Source: Actinomycetes bacterium
Lineage (GTDB): Bacteria; Actinomycetota; Acidimicrobiia; Acidimicrobiales; Ilumatobacteraceae
Direction of reading: 5' to 3'
NCBI GenBank assembly: GCA_027491335.1
Contig: JAIXWJ010000008.1
Span: 54,597 to 118,596 of the forward strand
Length of the DNA stretch: 64,000 bases
A model generated the notes under the pieces. That model saw only the letters and a list, made by a program, of their open reading frames with translations. It ran no database searches and was not told the DNA's origin. Positions 29,345-37,936 of this stretch are shown here, piece by piece; the stretch's first letter is position 1, and every line of letters begins with the position of its first letter. The position numbers and the translations under genes were made by a program.

Positions 29345-29833
29345 TCAGAACGAGATCTGGACGGGGATCGGCGCGTCGACGAGATCGGCGAGTTCGAGGA
29401 ACACGTCGGTGTGCACGATGATGACGGCCTCGCCGGGAAGACGCTCGATGGAGACGTTGTTGCACTCGATGGAGCGACCATTGTTCAGATTGGTGACCGT
29501 GATGATGGAGCCGATCAGCGCGTTCGGAGTCGCGCACGGGCGCAAGCCGAGCGTCTCGGGCCAACGAATGAAGGACGCGACGCCTTTGATGACCGTTCCG
29601 CTGGGCGGGGCGGGCACGTTGACCGTGATGATCTCGGGCGCGGGGCTGGAATCCTCGGGAGGAAGAAACGCTGGATCAGCGGGACCGGGGTCGATCGTCG
29701 TGGGTGCGGCGGTGGTGTTCGCGACACCATCATCGTCGCCGTTGGAACCTCCCGAAACCAGGAGAGCCGGAATGGCGACGACCGTGATCGCGGCGGCGAA
29801 GAAGAAGCGTCGGCGTTCGGTGGTGTTCATCAT
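29345..29833 (-). CDS. Secreted/anchored protein with C-terminal RlpA-like double-psi beta-barrel (DPBB) domain
   Basis: N-terminal TM/signal segment (RRRFFFAAAITVVAIPALLV) and a Pro-rich linker. The C-terminus GVASF..CATPNALIGSIITVTNLNNGRSIECNNVSIERLP..FLELA fits the RlpA/3D pattern by eye. Confidence 0.5.
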   Translation of the reverse strand: MMNTTERRRFFFAAAITVVAIPALLVSGGSNGDDDGVANTTAAPTTIDPGPADPAFLPPEDSSPAPEIITVNVPAPPSGTVIKGVASFIRWPETLGLRPCATPNALIGSIITVTNLNNGRSIECNNVSIERLPGEAVIIVHTDVFLELADLVDAPIPVQISF

Positions 29834-29848
29834 GTCGGCCGGATCAGG

Positions 29849-30634
29849 CTATGAAGCCAAGGATGGGAACGCAATGCAGGCGTTCTCCGTGGTGATGCGG
29901 GCGAATTCGTCGACCGCGATCGACCGCATGTCGGCGATGAACGTTCCGACGACGGCCACGTTCGACGGTTGATTGACGCGGCCACGATGCGGAACCGGGG
30001 CGAGGTACGGGCTGTCGGTCTCGACGAGGATGCGGTCGAGAGGACAGATGCGCGCCGCTTCGGCGACATCGGCGGCGGTCTTGAACGTGACGATGCCGGA
30101 GAAACTGAGATGCGCACCGATGTCGAGGCAACGACGAGCCTCGTCGGGTCCGCCGGTGAAGCAGTGGAACACGACCGTCGAGGGGGTTCCCACTTCGGAC
30201 AGCACCGAGAAGGTGTCGTCCCATGCGTCGCGAGTGTGAATGATCAAAGGAAGGTCGAGTTCGTTGGCGAGCTCGATCTGCTCGGCGAATGCGGTGTGTT
30301 GTGCGTCGCGTGGCGAATGGTCGTAGTAGTAGTCGAGCCCGGCCTCGCCAACGGCGATCACACGCGGGGAGTCGAACAGATCGCGAATGGAGTCCACACG
30401 ATTGCTGGCCTCGTGAGGGTGCAGGCCGACGCTGGCCCACACGTCGGCATTCGCGACGGCAATGTCGATGGCGCGCAACGAGGAGTCGCGGTCGCAGCCC
30501 ACGTTGATGAAGCGGGACACTCCGGCGTCACGCGCACGACCGAGAACCCCGTTCGTGCCGCCGAGTTCACGCCGCGAATCGACATCTCCGCGATAGCGGT
30601 CGTCGTCGAGGTGACAGTGGGTGTCGGTCCACAT
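29849..30634 (-). CDS. tatD: TatD family metal-dependent hydrolase (DNase)
   Basis: MWTDTHCHLDD start, IIHTRDAW and VETDSPYLAPVPHRG motifs. Confidence 0.9.
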   Translation of the reverse strand: MWTDTHCHLDDDRYRGDVDSRRELGGTNGVLGRARDAGVSRFINVGCDRDSSLRAIDIAVANADVWASVGLHPHEASNRVDSIRDLFDSPRVIAVGEAGLDYYYDHSPRDAQHTAFAEQIELANELDLPLIIHTRDAWDDTFSVLSEVGTPSTVVFHCFTGGPDEARRCLDIGAHLSFSGIVTFKTAADVAEAARICPLDRILVETDSPYLAPVPHRGRVNQPSNVAVVGTFIADMRSIAVDEFARITTENACIAFPSLAS

Positions 30635-30641
30635 GAGGCGA

Positions 30642-32156
30642 TCAGAGCTGACGACGAGGAAAGAGCGGGTCGCCCTTCACCACGGTGACCCCGCCGGGGT
30701 AACCGCCCCATTGGGCATCCCGCGGGAGACGTTGATCGGCCACGGCACCGGTCATGCCGATGCGCTCCCACACCGCCTGAGCGGTGTCGGGCACGGCGGG
30801 GGAGGCCAGGATCGCCACGATGCGCAAGGCCTCGAGCGCGTCACCCATCACCGCATCGAGATCCGGGCCCGGTTCGGCCTTCCATGGCTCGTTGGTCTCG
30901 AGGTGGGCATTGGTGGCACGGATGAGTTGCCACGTGGCTTCGAGCGCACGACTGGGTTGCACTTCGTGCCAACGCGCGGTGGTTTCGGCGAGCGCTTCGG
31001 CGGCGGCCACGGCGAGGGGACTATCGGGGCGCGGACGCGGTCCGATGCCGTCGCACTTCTTGCCCACCACGGTGGCCACGCGACTGAGAAGGTTGCCCAG
31101 GTTGTTGGCGAGATCGCTGTTGTAGCGACCGATCAAGCCCTCGTAGGTGAAGTCACCATCGGCTCCGTAGGGCGTTTCGGCCAGCACGTAGTAGCGGAAA
31201 CCGTCGACGCCGATGTCGTCGATGAGGTCGAGCGGGTTGACGACGTTTCCGGTGGTCTTGGACATCTTTTCGCCACCGACGAGCAGCCAGCCACCGACGG
31301 CCCAACCCTTGGGCGGCTCGAGGCCGGCCGACATCAGCATCGCGGGCCAGTACACGCAATGGAAGCGGATGATGTCCTTGCCGATCATGTGGAAGTCGAC
31401 CGGCCAGTGGCGGTTGAACCGATCGTCATCGGTTCCGTAGCCGACGGCGGTGATGTAGTTGGCGAGAGCGTCGAACCACACGTAGGTGACGTGCTTGTCG
31501 TCCCATGGCAATGGAATTCCCCAGGAGAAACTGGTGCGACTGATGCTGAAGTCGAGCAGACCTTGCTTGATGAAGCCGATGACTTCGTTCATGCGGTAAT
31601 CGGGGACGATCGCTCCGGGGTGATCGGCGTACCACTGAAGCAAGCGATCGCCGTAACGACTGAGGCGGAAGAAGTAGTTCTCCTCTTGCACCTGCTCCAC
31701 CGGCTTCTTGTGGATCGGGCAGTTGCCCTCGACGAGATCGTCCTCGGTGAAGTAGGCCTCGCACGCGACGCAGTAGAGGCCGCGATAGGTGTCCAGTTCG
31801 ATGTCGCCGTTGTCGTAGCAGGCTTGGAGCAACTTCTGAACGCCGAGGCGGTGACGGGACTCGGTGGTGCGGATGAAGTCGTCGTTGGAAATGTTCAGGC
31901 GCTTCCATGCATCGGCGAACAGGGGCGCGATCGAGTCGGCGAAGGCCTGCGGCGCCATGCCGGCGGCATCGGCGGCTTGCTGGATCTTGAGTCCGTGCTC
32001 GTCGGTGCCGGTGAGGAAGTGAACGTCGTCGCCCAGGAGACGGTGCCAACGGCAGAGTGCGTCTCCGATGATCGTCGTGTAGGCGTGACCGAGGTGCGGC
32101 TTGGCGTTGACGTAGTAGATGGGGGTTGTCGCGTAGAACGCGCGGGAGTCGGCCAC
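30642..32156 (-). CDS. metG: Methionine--tRNA ligase (short form)
   Basis: TPIYYVNAKPHLGHAYT (HIGH) and KMSKTTGN (KMSKS). The GTG start lies 6 nt after TAGCCT (32168-32163). Confidence 0.95.
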   Translation of the reverse strand: MADSRAFYATTPIYYVNAKPHLGHAYTTIIGDALCRWHRLLGDDVHFLTGTDEHGLKIQQAADAAGMAPQAFADSIAPLFADAWKRLNISNDDFIRTTESRHRLGVQKLLQACYDNGDIELDTYRGLYCVACEAYFTEDDLVEGNCPIHKKPVEQVQEENYFFRLSRYGDRLLQWYADHPGAIVPDYRMNEVIGFIKQGLLDFSISRTSFSWGIPLPWDDKHVTYVWFDALANYITAVGYGTDDDRFNRHWPVDFHMIGKDIIRFHCVYWPAMLMSAGLEPPKGWAVGGWLLVGGEKMSKTTGNVVNPLDLIDDIGVDGFRYYVLAETPYGADGDFTYEGLIGRYNSDLANNLGNLLSRVATVVGKKCDGIGPRPRPDSPLAVAAAEALAETTARWHEVQPSRALEATWQLIRATNAHLETNEPWKAEPGPDLDAVMGDALEALRIVAILASPAVPDTAQAVWERIGMTGAVADQRLPRDAQWGGYPGGVTVVKGDPLFPRRQL

Positions 32157-32188
32157 GTCCTCAGGCTACCGACGACTTCTCGGTGAAT

Positions 32189-32232
32189 CTGGTGGCATGA
32201 AACGCCATCAAATTGGCGTTTCATGCCACCAG
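32189..32232. promoter_or_regulatory. Perfect inverted repeat, 19-bp arms with a 6-bp spacer, in the divergent metG / thioesterase intergenic region
   Basis: CTGGTGGCATGAAACGCCA-TCAAAT-TGGCGTTTCATGCCACCAG, verified base by base. The right arm contains TTGGCG 18 nt upstream of TAAGTT (32237-32242). Confidence 0.9.
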
Positions 32233-32248
32233 TTCCTAAGTTCGTCGC

Positions 32249-33106
32249 ATGGCCACGGAATTCCCCGCGCACGACGTCGGTTTCGAATTCGACATCGCCA
32301 CAGCCGTCGAGCCGGTCGGGGTGGTCGACGGGGTTCATCACTTCGACACTCGCGTGCATCCGGGTTGGGACATCGTCGGCAATGCCAACGGTGGCTATCT
32401 GATGGCGTTGGTCGGTCGGGCGGTGGCGCTGGCCACCGGGCGACCGGATTGCGTCACCATCACCGCCCACTACCTCGCTCCGTGTCCGGCCGGCGACGCG
32501 CGCATCACCGTCACTCCGGTTCGGGCCGGTCGTCGTTTCGCCACGACCATGGCGAGTCTGTTCCTCCGCGACGCGAGTGGTGGCGAAAAGGAAATCATCA
32601 GGGTGCTGGCCACCGTCGGCGACTTGTCCACCGATCCCGGTGGACCCTCGGCCATGCAACGCTCGATGCCCGAGATCGCGCCGTTCGACGAGTGCCTTCT
32701 GATGTCGGACACGTCCGTGAACGATTTCGCGCACATTCACGGTCGGCTCGCCACGCGAGGGCAACCCGAGGACATCGCGTTCCGATCGGGCGACGCGTCG
32801 GGTCGCGCCACGATGCGCGGCTGGTTCGCTTTCGCCGATGATCGTCCGGTGGACACTCGGGCCTTGTTGTTGGCGTCGGATGCGTTTCCGCCCGCGGTGT
32901 TCAATCTCCGCCTACCGGCGGCGTGGGTGCCCACGGTGGAGTTGACCGTGCACGTTCGTGCGGTCCCGGCGCCGGGACCGGTGGCGTGCTTCTTCGACAC
33001 TCGTTTCGTTCAGAACGGACTTCTGGAGGAGGACGGCGAGATGTGGGACTCGAATGGTGTGCTGGTGGCCCAGAGTCGACAACTGGCCTTGGCCCCGCGC
33101 GGCTGA
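32249..33106 (+). CDS. Acyl-CoA thioesterase (TesB-like double hot-dog family)
   Basis: 285 aa with GNANGGYLMALVGRA, typical of the actinobacterial thioesterase family. The ATG lies 6 nt after TAAGTT. Confidence 0.7.
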   Translation: MATEFPAHDVGFEFDIATAVEPVGVVDGVHHFDTRVHPGWDIVGNANGGYLMALVGRAVALATGRPDCVTITAHYLAPCPAGDARITVTPVRAGRRFATTMASLFLRDASGGEKEIIRVLATVGDLSTDPGGPSAMQRSMPEIAPFDECLLMSDTSVNDFAHIHGRLATRGQPEDIAFRSGDASGRATMRGWFAFADDRPVDTRALLLASDAFPPAVFNLRLPAAWVPTVELTVHVRAVPAPGPVACFFDTRFVQNGLLEEDGEMWDSNGVLVAQSRQLALAPRG

Positions 33107-33112
33107 CGACGT

Positions 33113-33961
33113 TCAGTTTCCTTCGTCGACGTCGCTTTTCGACAACTCGAGGGCGCGGTTGTACACGATCTTCTTGGGGGTCTCGGTGAGGTTGGCCACC
33201 ACCGTGGCGGCATCGCGAACGCTCACCCCCGCGGCCAGTTCGGCGAGCAACAAGCGGTCGATGTCCTCGCCCGTGGCCGCCGGCTCGTCGGCCGCACCAT
33301 CAATGGCCAACACGAACTCGCCCTTGGGTTCGATTCCCGCGAAGTGGGTGACGGCGTCGGCCATCGAGCCTCGCCACACTTCCTCGTGGATCTTGGTCAA
33401 CTCGCGCGCGACCACGATGCGCCGTTGACCACCGAGCGCGACGAAGAGATCCTCGAGCGTTCGCCGGAGTCGATGGGGCGCCTCGTACAAAACGGTCGTT
33501 CGTCGTTCGCGAACCAGATCGGCGATGGATCGAGCTCGTTCCTTGCCGCCACGAGGAAGGAAGCCGTCGAAGGCGAAACGTTCGGTGGGGAGACCGCTGA
33601 TGACGAGGGCCATCACGAAAGCGGCCGGACCGGGAACGGCGGTGACGACGTGCGCGGTTTCCGAGACGGCGCGCACGATTCGCTCGCCCGGATCGCTGAT
33701 GCCGGGGGTGCCGGCGTCGGTCACCAGACAAACGTCGCGGCCTTCGTTCAACGCGTCCAGAACGCGGGGGATCGACGCGTGTTCCGTGTGCTCGTCGACG
33801 CGCATGAGCTTGGCGTCGATGCCCAGGTTCTTCAACATCATCCCCGTGCGTCGAGTGTCCTCGCAGCACACCAACCCGGCCGCGGTGAGTTCCGCGATCG
33901 CGCGCGGCGAGACGTCGGACATGTTGCCGATGGGCGTGGCCACGAGGACGAGCCGACTCAT
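33113..33961 (-). CDS. rsmI: 16S rRNA (cytidine1402-2'-O)-methyltransferase
   Basis: Internal ATG (MSRLVLVATPIGNMSDVSPRAI..CEDTRRTG) and TP-methylase fold motifs. ATGA overlap with the DUF192 gene. Confidence 0.9.
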   Translation of the reverse strand: MSRLVLVATPIGNMSDVSPRAIAELTAAGLVCCEDTRRTGMMLKNLGIDAKLMRVDEHTEHASIPRVLDALNEGRDVCLVTDAGTPGISDPGERIVRAVSETAHVVTAVPGPAAFVMALVISGLPTERFAFDGFLPRGGKERARSIADLVRERRTTVLYEAPHRLRRTLEDLFVALGGQRRIVVARELTKIHEEVWRGSMADAVTHFAGIEPKGEFVLAIDGAADEPAATGEDIDRLLLAELAAGVSVRDAATVVANLTETPKKIVYNRALELSKSDVDEGN

Positions 33962-34317
33962 CGGGGTTCCCCGACGTTCGTGCGAATCTCGACGACGTCC
34001 CCCACGCGCAAGCCCCAACGCGAGAACGCTCCCCGCTCGGCTTCCACGACGACGCGCGCGCTCGGAACCGGAGCTCCGAGTCGATGGCGTCGCATGCGCA
34101 CGGCCTTCACCACGCGACCCTCGGAATCGAGGTACGCCACGTCGAGATCGAAGCGCATTCCGATGGTGTGGATCCATCGACAGGACGTCAAAACGAACGC
34201 CCCCTCGCAATCGTTTCGTCCGCGCAAACCGATTCGACGGTCGCGGTTGGATGCGGCGACGATCGCACTGGCCAGAACTCGCCCATCGCTCACGAGCCAT
34301 GCGGTCGGTTCGGTCAC
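33958..34317 (-). CDS. DUF192 domain protein
   Basis: 119 aa; RRIGLRGR...IHTIGMRFDLDVAYLD pattern. GTG start preceded by GGAGG. Confidence 0.65.
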   Translation of the reverse strand: MTEPTAWLVSDGRVLASAIVAASNRDRRIGLRGRNDCEGAFVLTSCRWIHTIGMRFDLDVAYLDSEGRVVKAVRMRRHRLGAPVPSARVVVEAERGAFSRWGLRVGDVVEIRTNVGEPR

Positions 34318-34336
34318 GATCTTGCCTCCGTTGCTC

Positions 34337-35425
34337 TCAGACGTTGAAGCGGAACTCCATCACGTCGCCGTCGACCGGGTGGTATTCCTTGCCCTCGATA
34401 CGTATCTTGCCGAGTTCCTTGGCCTTGGTCCACGAACCAATGTCGAGCAATTCGTCCCAACGGATGACTTCGGCCTTGATGAAGCCGCGCTGGAAGTCGC
34501 CGTGGATACGACCGGCGCATTCGGGTGCGTTCGATCCCGCGTGGAAGGTCCAGGCCCGGGATTCCTTCTCGCCGGTGGTGAAGTAGGTGCGCAATCCGAG
34601 CAGGTGATACGCGCTACGCACCATGCGGAACAACGCACCCTCTCCGAGTCCGAAACCGTCGAGCATCTCGGCTCGCTCGACCGGGTCCACGATGGTGGCT
34701 GCTTCGGCCTCCAGCTGAACGCACATGCCGATGACCTCGACGTTGTCGCCAGCCGACGAGAACTCGTCGCGCACGCGTTGCTCGACTTCGGGGATCTTGT
34801 CGAGTTCGTTTTCGCCGACGTTCACGACCGCCAGCACCGAACGATTGGTGAGAAGGAAGTACGGCTTAAGGGTTTCGCGCCACTCGGGCTTCAATCCGGC
34901 GCGGTACAAGGGTCGACCATCGCTGAGCGAGTCGTAGGCCGCTTGCAGTGCCTCGAGCTCGGCCGCGGCGCCCTTGTCGAGCTTGGCCTGGCGGGTGGCC
35001 TGCGTGAGGCGCTTCTCGACGGTTTCGAGGTCGGCCAAGGCGAGTTCGATCTCGACCACGCGCAGGTGATCGAGCGGGTCGCTCGGTCCGGGCACGTCGT
35101 CGTCGACGAAGGCGCGCAACACCAACACGATGGCGTCCACTTCGCGGATGTTGGCCAGGAACTTGTTGCCCAGACCCTCGCCCTTGCTCGCACCCTCCAC
35201 GAGACCACCGATGTCGACCACCTGAACGGAGGCGTGGATGGTGTTCTTGGTCTTCGACATGACGGCCAATCGATCGAGTCGATCGTCGGGGACCTTGGCC
35301 ACACCGATGTTGGGGTCCTTGGTGGCGAAGGCGTACGGGGCGGCCAGGGCTCCGCCTCCGGTGAGTGCGTTGTACAAAGAGCTCTTGCCCGCGTTCGGGA
35401 GGCCGACCAGGCCGAAACGTTCCAT
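34337..35425 (-). CDS. ychF: Redox-regulated ribosome-binding ATPase YchF
   Basis: Start [22 protein letters not shown] (P-loop), a TGS-like C-terminus, and [14 protein letters not shown]. Confidence 0.93.
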   Translation of the reverse strand: MERFGLVGLPNAGKSSLYNALTGGGALAAPYAFATKDPNIGVAKVPDDRLDRLAVMSKTKNTIHASVQVVDIGGLVEGASKGEGLGNKFLANIREVDAIVLVLRAFVDDDVPGPSDPLDHLRVVEIELALADLETVEKRLTQATRQAKLDKGAAAELEALQAAYDSLSDGRPLYRAGLKPEWRETLKPYFLLTNRSVLAVVNVGENELDKIPEVEQRVRDEFSSAGDNVEVIGMCVQLEAEAATIVDPVERAEMLDGFGLGEGALFRMVRSAYHLLGLRTYFTTGEKESRAWTFHAGSNAPECAGRIHGDFQRGFIKAEVIRWDELLDIGSWTKAKELGKIRIEGKEYHPVDGDVMEFRFNV

Positions 35426-35498
35426 GACCCGACGAAGGCTAGCGACGGGCCCGAGTCGAACCGTGCCGGCCACGACGTTTCATCGCACACCCGATCGC

Positions 35499-36119
35499 AT
35501 GAATCATCGATTGATCGTCGCTCCCTTGTTGTTGCTCGTGCCTCTTTCGTTGCTCGGTCGTGTGCCCGAGGCTTCGGCCGAACCGGTGCCGTGCACCACG
35601 TATTCCATCGTCGGATCCTTGAACGACGAGCGAGAGGCCACCGCCTACTTGCACTTCGACGACGTGCCTCTCGTGGGTCACGAGGTGTTCGCCGTGTTCT
35701 CCGGTGGTGAGGCGGCAATGCCGCCGTCCATCTTGATCACGGACCCTGCGGGCACCGCGACCGTCGCACTTCCCGCGGGAACGAACGCGGTGTCGTTCTC
35801 GGCCGAGAGTCCGCTCGGAGGCGCGTGTGCCGACGCCGATTCGTCCGCGGGTCCGGCGGTCGTGGTGGTGTCCGACACCGTGTGGCAACCGGGGGCCGAA
35901 CCGGCGCTCGATCTCGCCTTCGACGACCCTCGGGGTCCGGCCGCCGAGGTCGTCACCTCGGGGGCGGGGCGACTGGCCGTCACGGGGCCGATTTCCCCAG
36001 CCTTGCCGTTCGCTGGGGCATTGGTGCTGGCGGCGGGGTGGTTCGCCCGTCGTCTGCGGGGTTCGGACCCTGGTCGAAGTCGCCCGCGGGCATGTCGTTT
36101 CGCGCGGATCCCCCTGTAG
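35499..36119 (+). CDS. Secreted protein with LAxTG-type (class E sortase) cell-wall sorting signal
   Basis: Signal peptide MNHRLIVAPLLLLVPLSLLGRVPEASA. Near the C-terminus: LAVTG, a hydrophobic stretch (PISPALPFAGALVLAAGWF), then a basic tail (ARRLR). Confidence 0.55.
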   Translation: MNHRLIVAPLLLLVPLSLLGRVPEASAEPVPCTTYSIVGSLNDEREATAYLHFDDVPLVGHEVFAVFSGGEAAMPPSILITDPAGTATVALPAGTNAVSFSAESPLGGACADADSSAGPAVVVVSDTVWQPGAEPALDLAFDDPRGPAAEVVTSGAGRLAVTGPISPALPFAGALVLAAGWFARRLRGSDPGRSRPRACRFARIPL

Positions 36120-36131
36120 GCTTCCACGCCT

Positions 36132-36218
36132 ATGTCGAAGAAGACCAAGAAGCGCAAGGCCCGTCTCCGCCGTTCCAAGGCGAACCACGGCAAGCGCCCC
36201 AACATGGGTCGCGGCTGA
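36132..36218 (+). CDS. bL37-like ultra-basic ribosomal micro-protein (28 aa)
   Basis: ATG 36132 to TGA 36216-36218: MSKKTKKRKARLRRSKANHGKRPNMGRG. The SKANHGKRPN core resembles, from memory, mycobacterial bL37. Not present in the supplied ORF track (too short). Confidence 0.65.
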   Translation: MSKKTKKRKARLRRSKANHGKRPNMGRG

Positions 36219-36245
36219 GGTCTGAATTCCCGGCCGGACGCGAAC

Positions 36246-36905
36246 ATGTCCGACCTTTCTGAATCCGCCCGAGTCGCCGAATTGCGATTGGGCTGTCCCG
36301 TCGAACCGTGGAGTCGACTGGGCTTCGCCGTCTCCGAGTCTTCGTCGGGCCCTTCCATTCACGTCGCCGGTCTCGGATTCCGATTCGTGAACGACGCGAC
36401 GAGTGGTACCGAGTCCGCGGTGACCGGCTGGACTCTGGCCGGAACGTCGCACGGTGCCGACGACGTCGATGGCATCGCGACACTGTGGGTCGACTCGTCA
36501 CCCCGGCCCCCGAAATCCGAAAATCGCATTCACGTGTCGTCGATCGATCACATCGTGATCATGACCGGGTCATTGGACCGAACGAGCGAGTCCATCGATC
36601 GCGTTCTTCGCGCACCACGCAAGCGAGTGCGAGACGCCGGCGGCGGAGTTCGTCAGGGTTTCCACCGCGCGGGCGACATCATCCTCGAAGTGGTGGAGCG
36701 ACCCGATCTCGACTCGAACACTCCGGCATCACTGTGGGGCGTGGTGTTCGTCGTCGACGATCTGGATTCGACGGTGGCGTGGCTGGGTCCGGACGCGGTG
36801 TCGGCGCCTCGTGACGCGGTGCAACCCGGTCGTCGCATCGCGTCGATCCGACGCGAGGTGGGTCTGGGTTTGCCGGTGGCGTTGATGACGCCACACGTGC
36901 GTTAA
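36246..36905 (+). CDS. VOC / glyoxalase-like domain protein
   Basis: 219 aa. IDHIVIMTGSLDRTSESI and GDIILEVVE are compatible with the glyoxalase-like fold. Weak call. Confidence 0.5.
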   Translation: MSDLSESARVAELRLGCPVEPWSRLGFAVSESSSGPSIHVAGLGFRFVNDATSGTESAVTGWTLAGTSHGADDVDGIATLWVDSSPRPPKSENRIHVSSIDHIVIMTGSLDRTSESIDRVLRAPRKRVRDAGGGVRQGFHRAGDIILEVVERPDLDSNTPASLWGVVFVVDDLDSTVAWLGPDAVSAPRDAVQPGRRIASIRREVGLGLPVALMTPHVR

Positions 36906-37844
36906 TCACCAACCGTCGCGCTCGGCCAATTCGGCCATGAAATCGAGCCCGGCCTGACAGTCGTTGTTGTGCAGACACCACCGACACTTGTTTCCGGGAC
37001 GCAACACCGGCTCGACCTTGCCGATCTTGAGTTCGATGGCGCGCACCAGTCCGTCGCGCAAGCGCCTGGTGGTGGAGCGCAATGAGGCCTCGTTGATGTC
37101 TTCCTGATCGATGACCGAGTCCTCTATGTAGTAGCTGGCCACCTTGCGGGGTGCGTGACCGATGGACAGCAGATCGATGAGCGCGTACAGCCGCAGGTCC
37201 TCGGTGTGAGAGTGGTCGCGACCGCCGGTCTTGATGTCGAGGATGACCTTGTCGGGAGGCTTGCCCAGCGCGATGTCGAGCTTGCCGCTGATGCGCACGC
37301 GACCTCCGGCCAACGACAAGGCGATGGGGCTTTCCACCTGCGGGATCCAGGTGCGTTTGATGGGCGGGAAGTTCTCGGTGAAGCGCGTGAAGGTGGCGGT
37401 GCAGATTCCGATGAGTTCGGCGCGACCGAATTCGTCGAGGGTGGTGAGAAAGTCGCTGATGCCCTTGGACGTGTCGTTGGCGAGTCGCGACACCGCTTCC
37501 TCCACGAGGTCGGCGGGAGGCATCGGATGACGCAGGTTGATGGACACTTCGACGGCTTTGTGCACGATGGTGCCCTTTGCATTGGCCGTCGACCATTCGA
37601 AGGGACCGATGCCATCGACGAAGTACTTCTCGCAGGAGTGAACGTCGCTCAGCCCGCGCTTGCTGAGGGTGAATCGGGTTTCGTAGGACTTGCCGTCGGG
37701 AAGCACGGGGTGGAACGGCTTGAGGGCTTCTTCGATCTCGGCGCGCAACTCGTCGGCCAATCCGTCGGGGATGTGCGGCCGTTCATCGGTTCGGCCCAAC
37801 AGGTCGATGACCCGCTGTTGGGCCGGGTTGTAGACGTCGGACAT
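36906..37844 (-). CDS. PD-(D/E)XK nuclease family protein with Cas4/AddB-type Cys cluster
   Basis: Internal ATG (MSDVYNPAQQRVIDLL). Central D..(D/E)xK-like block (ILDIKTG). One N-proximal Cys (HSCEKY) plus a C-terminal CRWCLHNNDC (CX2CX5C). The ATG lies 7 nt after TACAGT. Confidence 0.7.
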   Translation of the reverse strand: MSDVYNPAQQRVIDLLGRTDERPHIPDGLADELRAEIEEALKPFHPVLPDGKSYETRFTLSKRGLSDVHSCEKYFVDGIGPFEWSTANAKGTIVHKAVEVSINLRHPMPPADLVEEAVSRLANDTSKGISDFLTTLDEFGRAELIGICTATFTRFTENFPPIKRTWIPQVESPIALSLAGGRVRISGKLDIALGKPPDKVILDIKTGGRDHSHTEDLRLYALIDLLSIGHAPRKVASYYIEDSVIDQEDINEASLRSTTRRLRDGLVRAIELKIGKVEPVLRPGNKCRWCLHNNDCQAGLDFMAELAERDGW

Positions 37845-37936
37845 GGCGCCGACTGTAGGGGGTTTTGCCCGTGGATCAGGGGAGACGCACGTTTCGGTGT
37901 TCCTTGCCACACCCCGGTGGCAAGGTGGCTCTTCCC

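Noticed and set aside
32191-32205. A sigma-54-like TGGCAT-N5-GC inside the metG/thioesterase palindrome.
   Set aside because: The GG-to-GC spacing is 2 nt too short for the -24/-12 consensus, and Actinomycetota are not known to encode sigma-54.
32197-32841. A 214-aa ORF starting inside the palindrome (MKRHQIGVSCHQ...).
   Set aside because: It is out of frame with the well-supported thioesterase gene, overlaps it, and has an Arg-rich, low-complexity translation.
37849-37863. The exact 15-mer CCGACTGTAGGGGGT is shared with 44839-44853. Both copies lie in divergent promoter regions upstream of minus-strand genes.
   Set aside because: My rough estimate is that several exact 15-mer coincidences are expected by chance in 64 kb of this composition. 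The shared part is largely a -10 hexamer (TACAGT on the minus strand) plus a C-run, and the distance to the start codon differs (7 versus 23 nt). It is worth a motif search but is not evidence by itself.
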